This document shows positions 63,342 through 64,000 of a stretch of DNA of 64,000 nucleotides, piece by piece. Every line of letters begins with the position of its first letter. Within the stretch, counting starts at the first letter, position 1. Source of the DNA: Lingula anatina (taxonomy: Eukaryota > Animalia > Brachiopoda); NCBI GenBank assembly GCA_051362555.1, contig CM120642.1, positions 25,978,001 to 26,042,000 on the forward strand, in the 5' to 3' direction. The translations under genes were made by a program, and so were the position numbers. A model generated the notes under the pieces. The model worked only from the letters and a program-made list of their open reading frames with translations, was not told where the DNA came from and ran no database searches.

Positions 63342-64000
63342 ATGCACTTCAGTACACGGACATTCTTAGCTGAGGCTGTTACTTAATCATTTTACAAATC
63401 GTTCATTCGATCAAATGTTTCTTTAACTTGAACAACCCTACTCGTCAATGCACGCTGTCACAAAATATTGAATTTGAAGCGTCACCATTTGTTGTGTTTT
63501 ATTCAGGACGATGCTATCTGTTTATTCTCCATTTTATCCTTTTTTTCGGCCACAGAGTCAAATGTCACACTCGGTGACACCGGGTAAGAATTAAAGTCTC
63601 GTCCATAGTGATACGAGTAGGATATGCTATTACCACTCTATATATGTGATCTAACTGTGAAATAGAATTTAATCAGTGAAATGACAACATAAATGATAAG
63701 CAAGAACGGTCTCTGTATATAGGAATCAAAACAATAACATCGTGTTTAACAGCGCTTTTAGTAGGAACAATCTATTTCTCGACCAAAAACAAAAGATATG
63801 TGAAGCAATTCTAAACCAAAACATCGGGCGATCTTTTTAACCCCCTTGCTCCATCTCAAATATCTGCGCCCGAAGGAGGACCAGTGGGGCGACATTTTTG
63901 TGGTTACTTTAAAGATCGTCTGCGAGCCAGACGACAGGGGACGCTAAAGAAAAAATTGAATCGCTCAGCCCACCAGCGTGAGAAAAAGCCGGAAGAGCAA

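Overview
AT-rich (roughly 37% GC by eye) intron-containing animal genomic DNA; an invertebrate, mollusc-like origin is my impression only. There are no prokaryotic operons, rRNA/tRNA genes or CRISPR arrays, and most ORF-track entries look spurious. Supported content: (1) a complete 3-exon DPH3 gene (+, 23239-24555) with a housekeeping-type promoter; (2) a TATA/Inr-driven minus-strand multi-exon unit (~35763 to ~28180) built from 11 tandemly repeated exon+mini-intron cassettes, a captured and degenerate TDP-43 (TARDBP) RRM1 exon and three more exons, with no long ORF; (3) a duplicated pair of small 2-coding-exon orphan genes (+, 38421-39755 and 49692-50898) whose second exons diverged much more than their flanks; (4) a goliath/GRAIL-type PA-domain gene (-, 56369-52746) that ends in a GPI-signal-like tail instead of TM+RING; (5) two Penelope-type minimal hammerhead ribozyme motifs; (6) several non-autonomous DNA transposons, including 24-40 bp hairpin micro-elements with 7-bp target-site duplications, three of which have empty sites in paralogous copies. 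All of this was read by eye; no searches were run.
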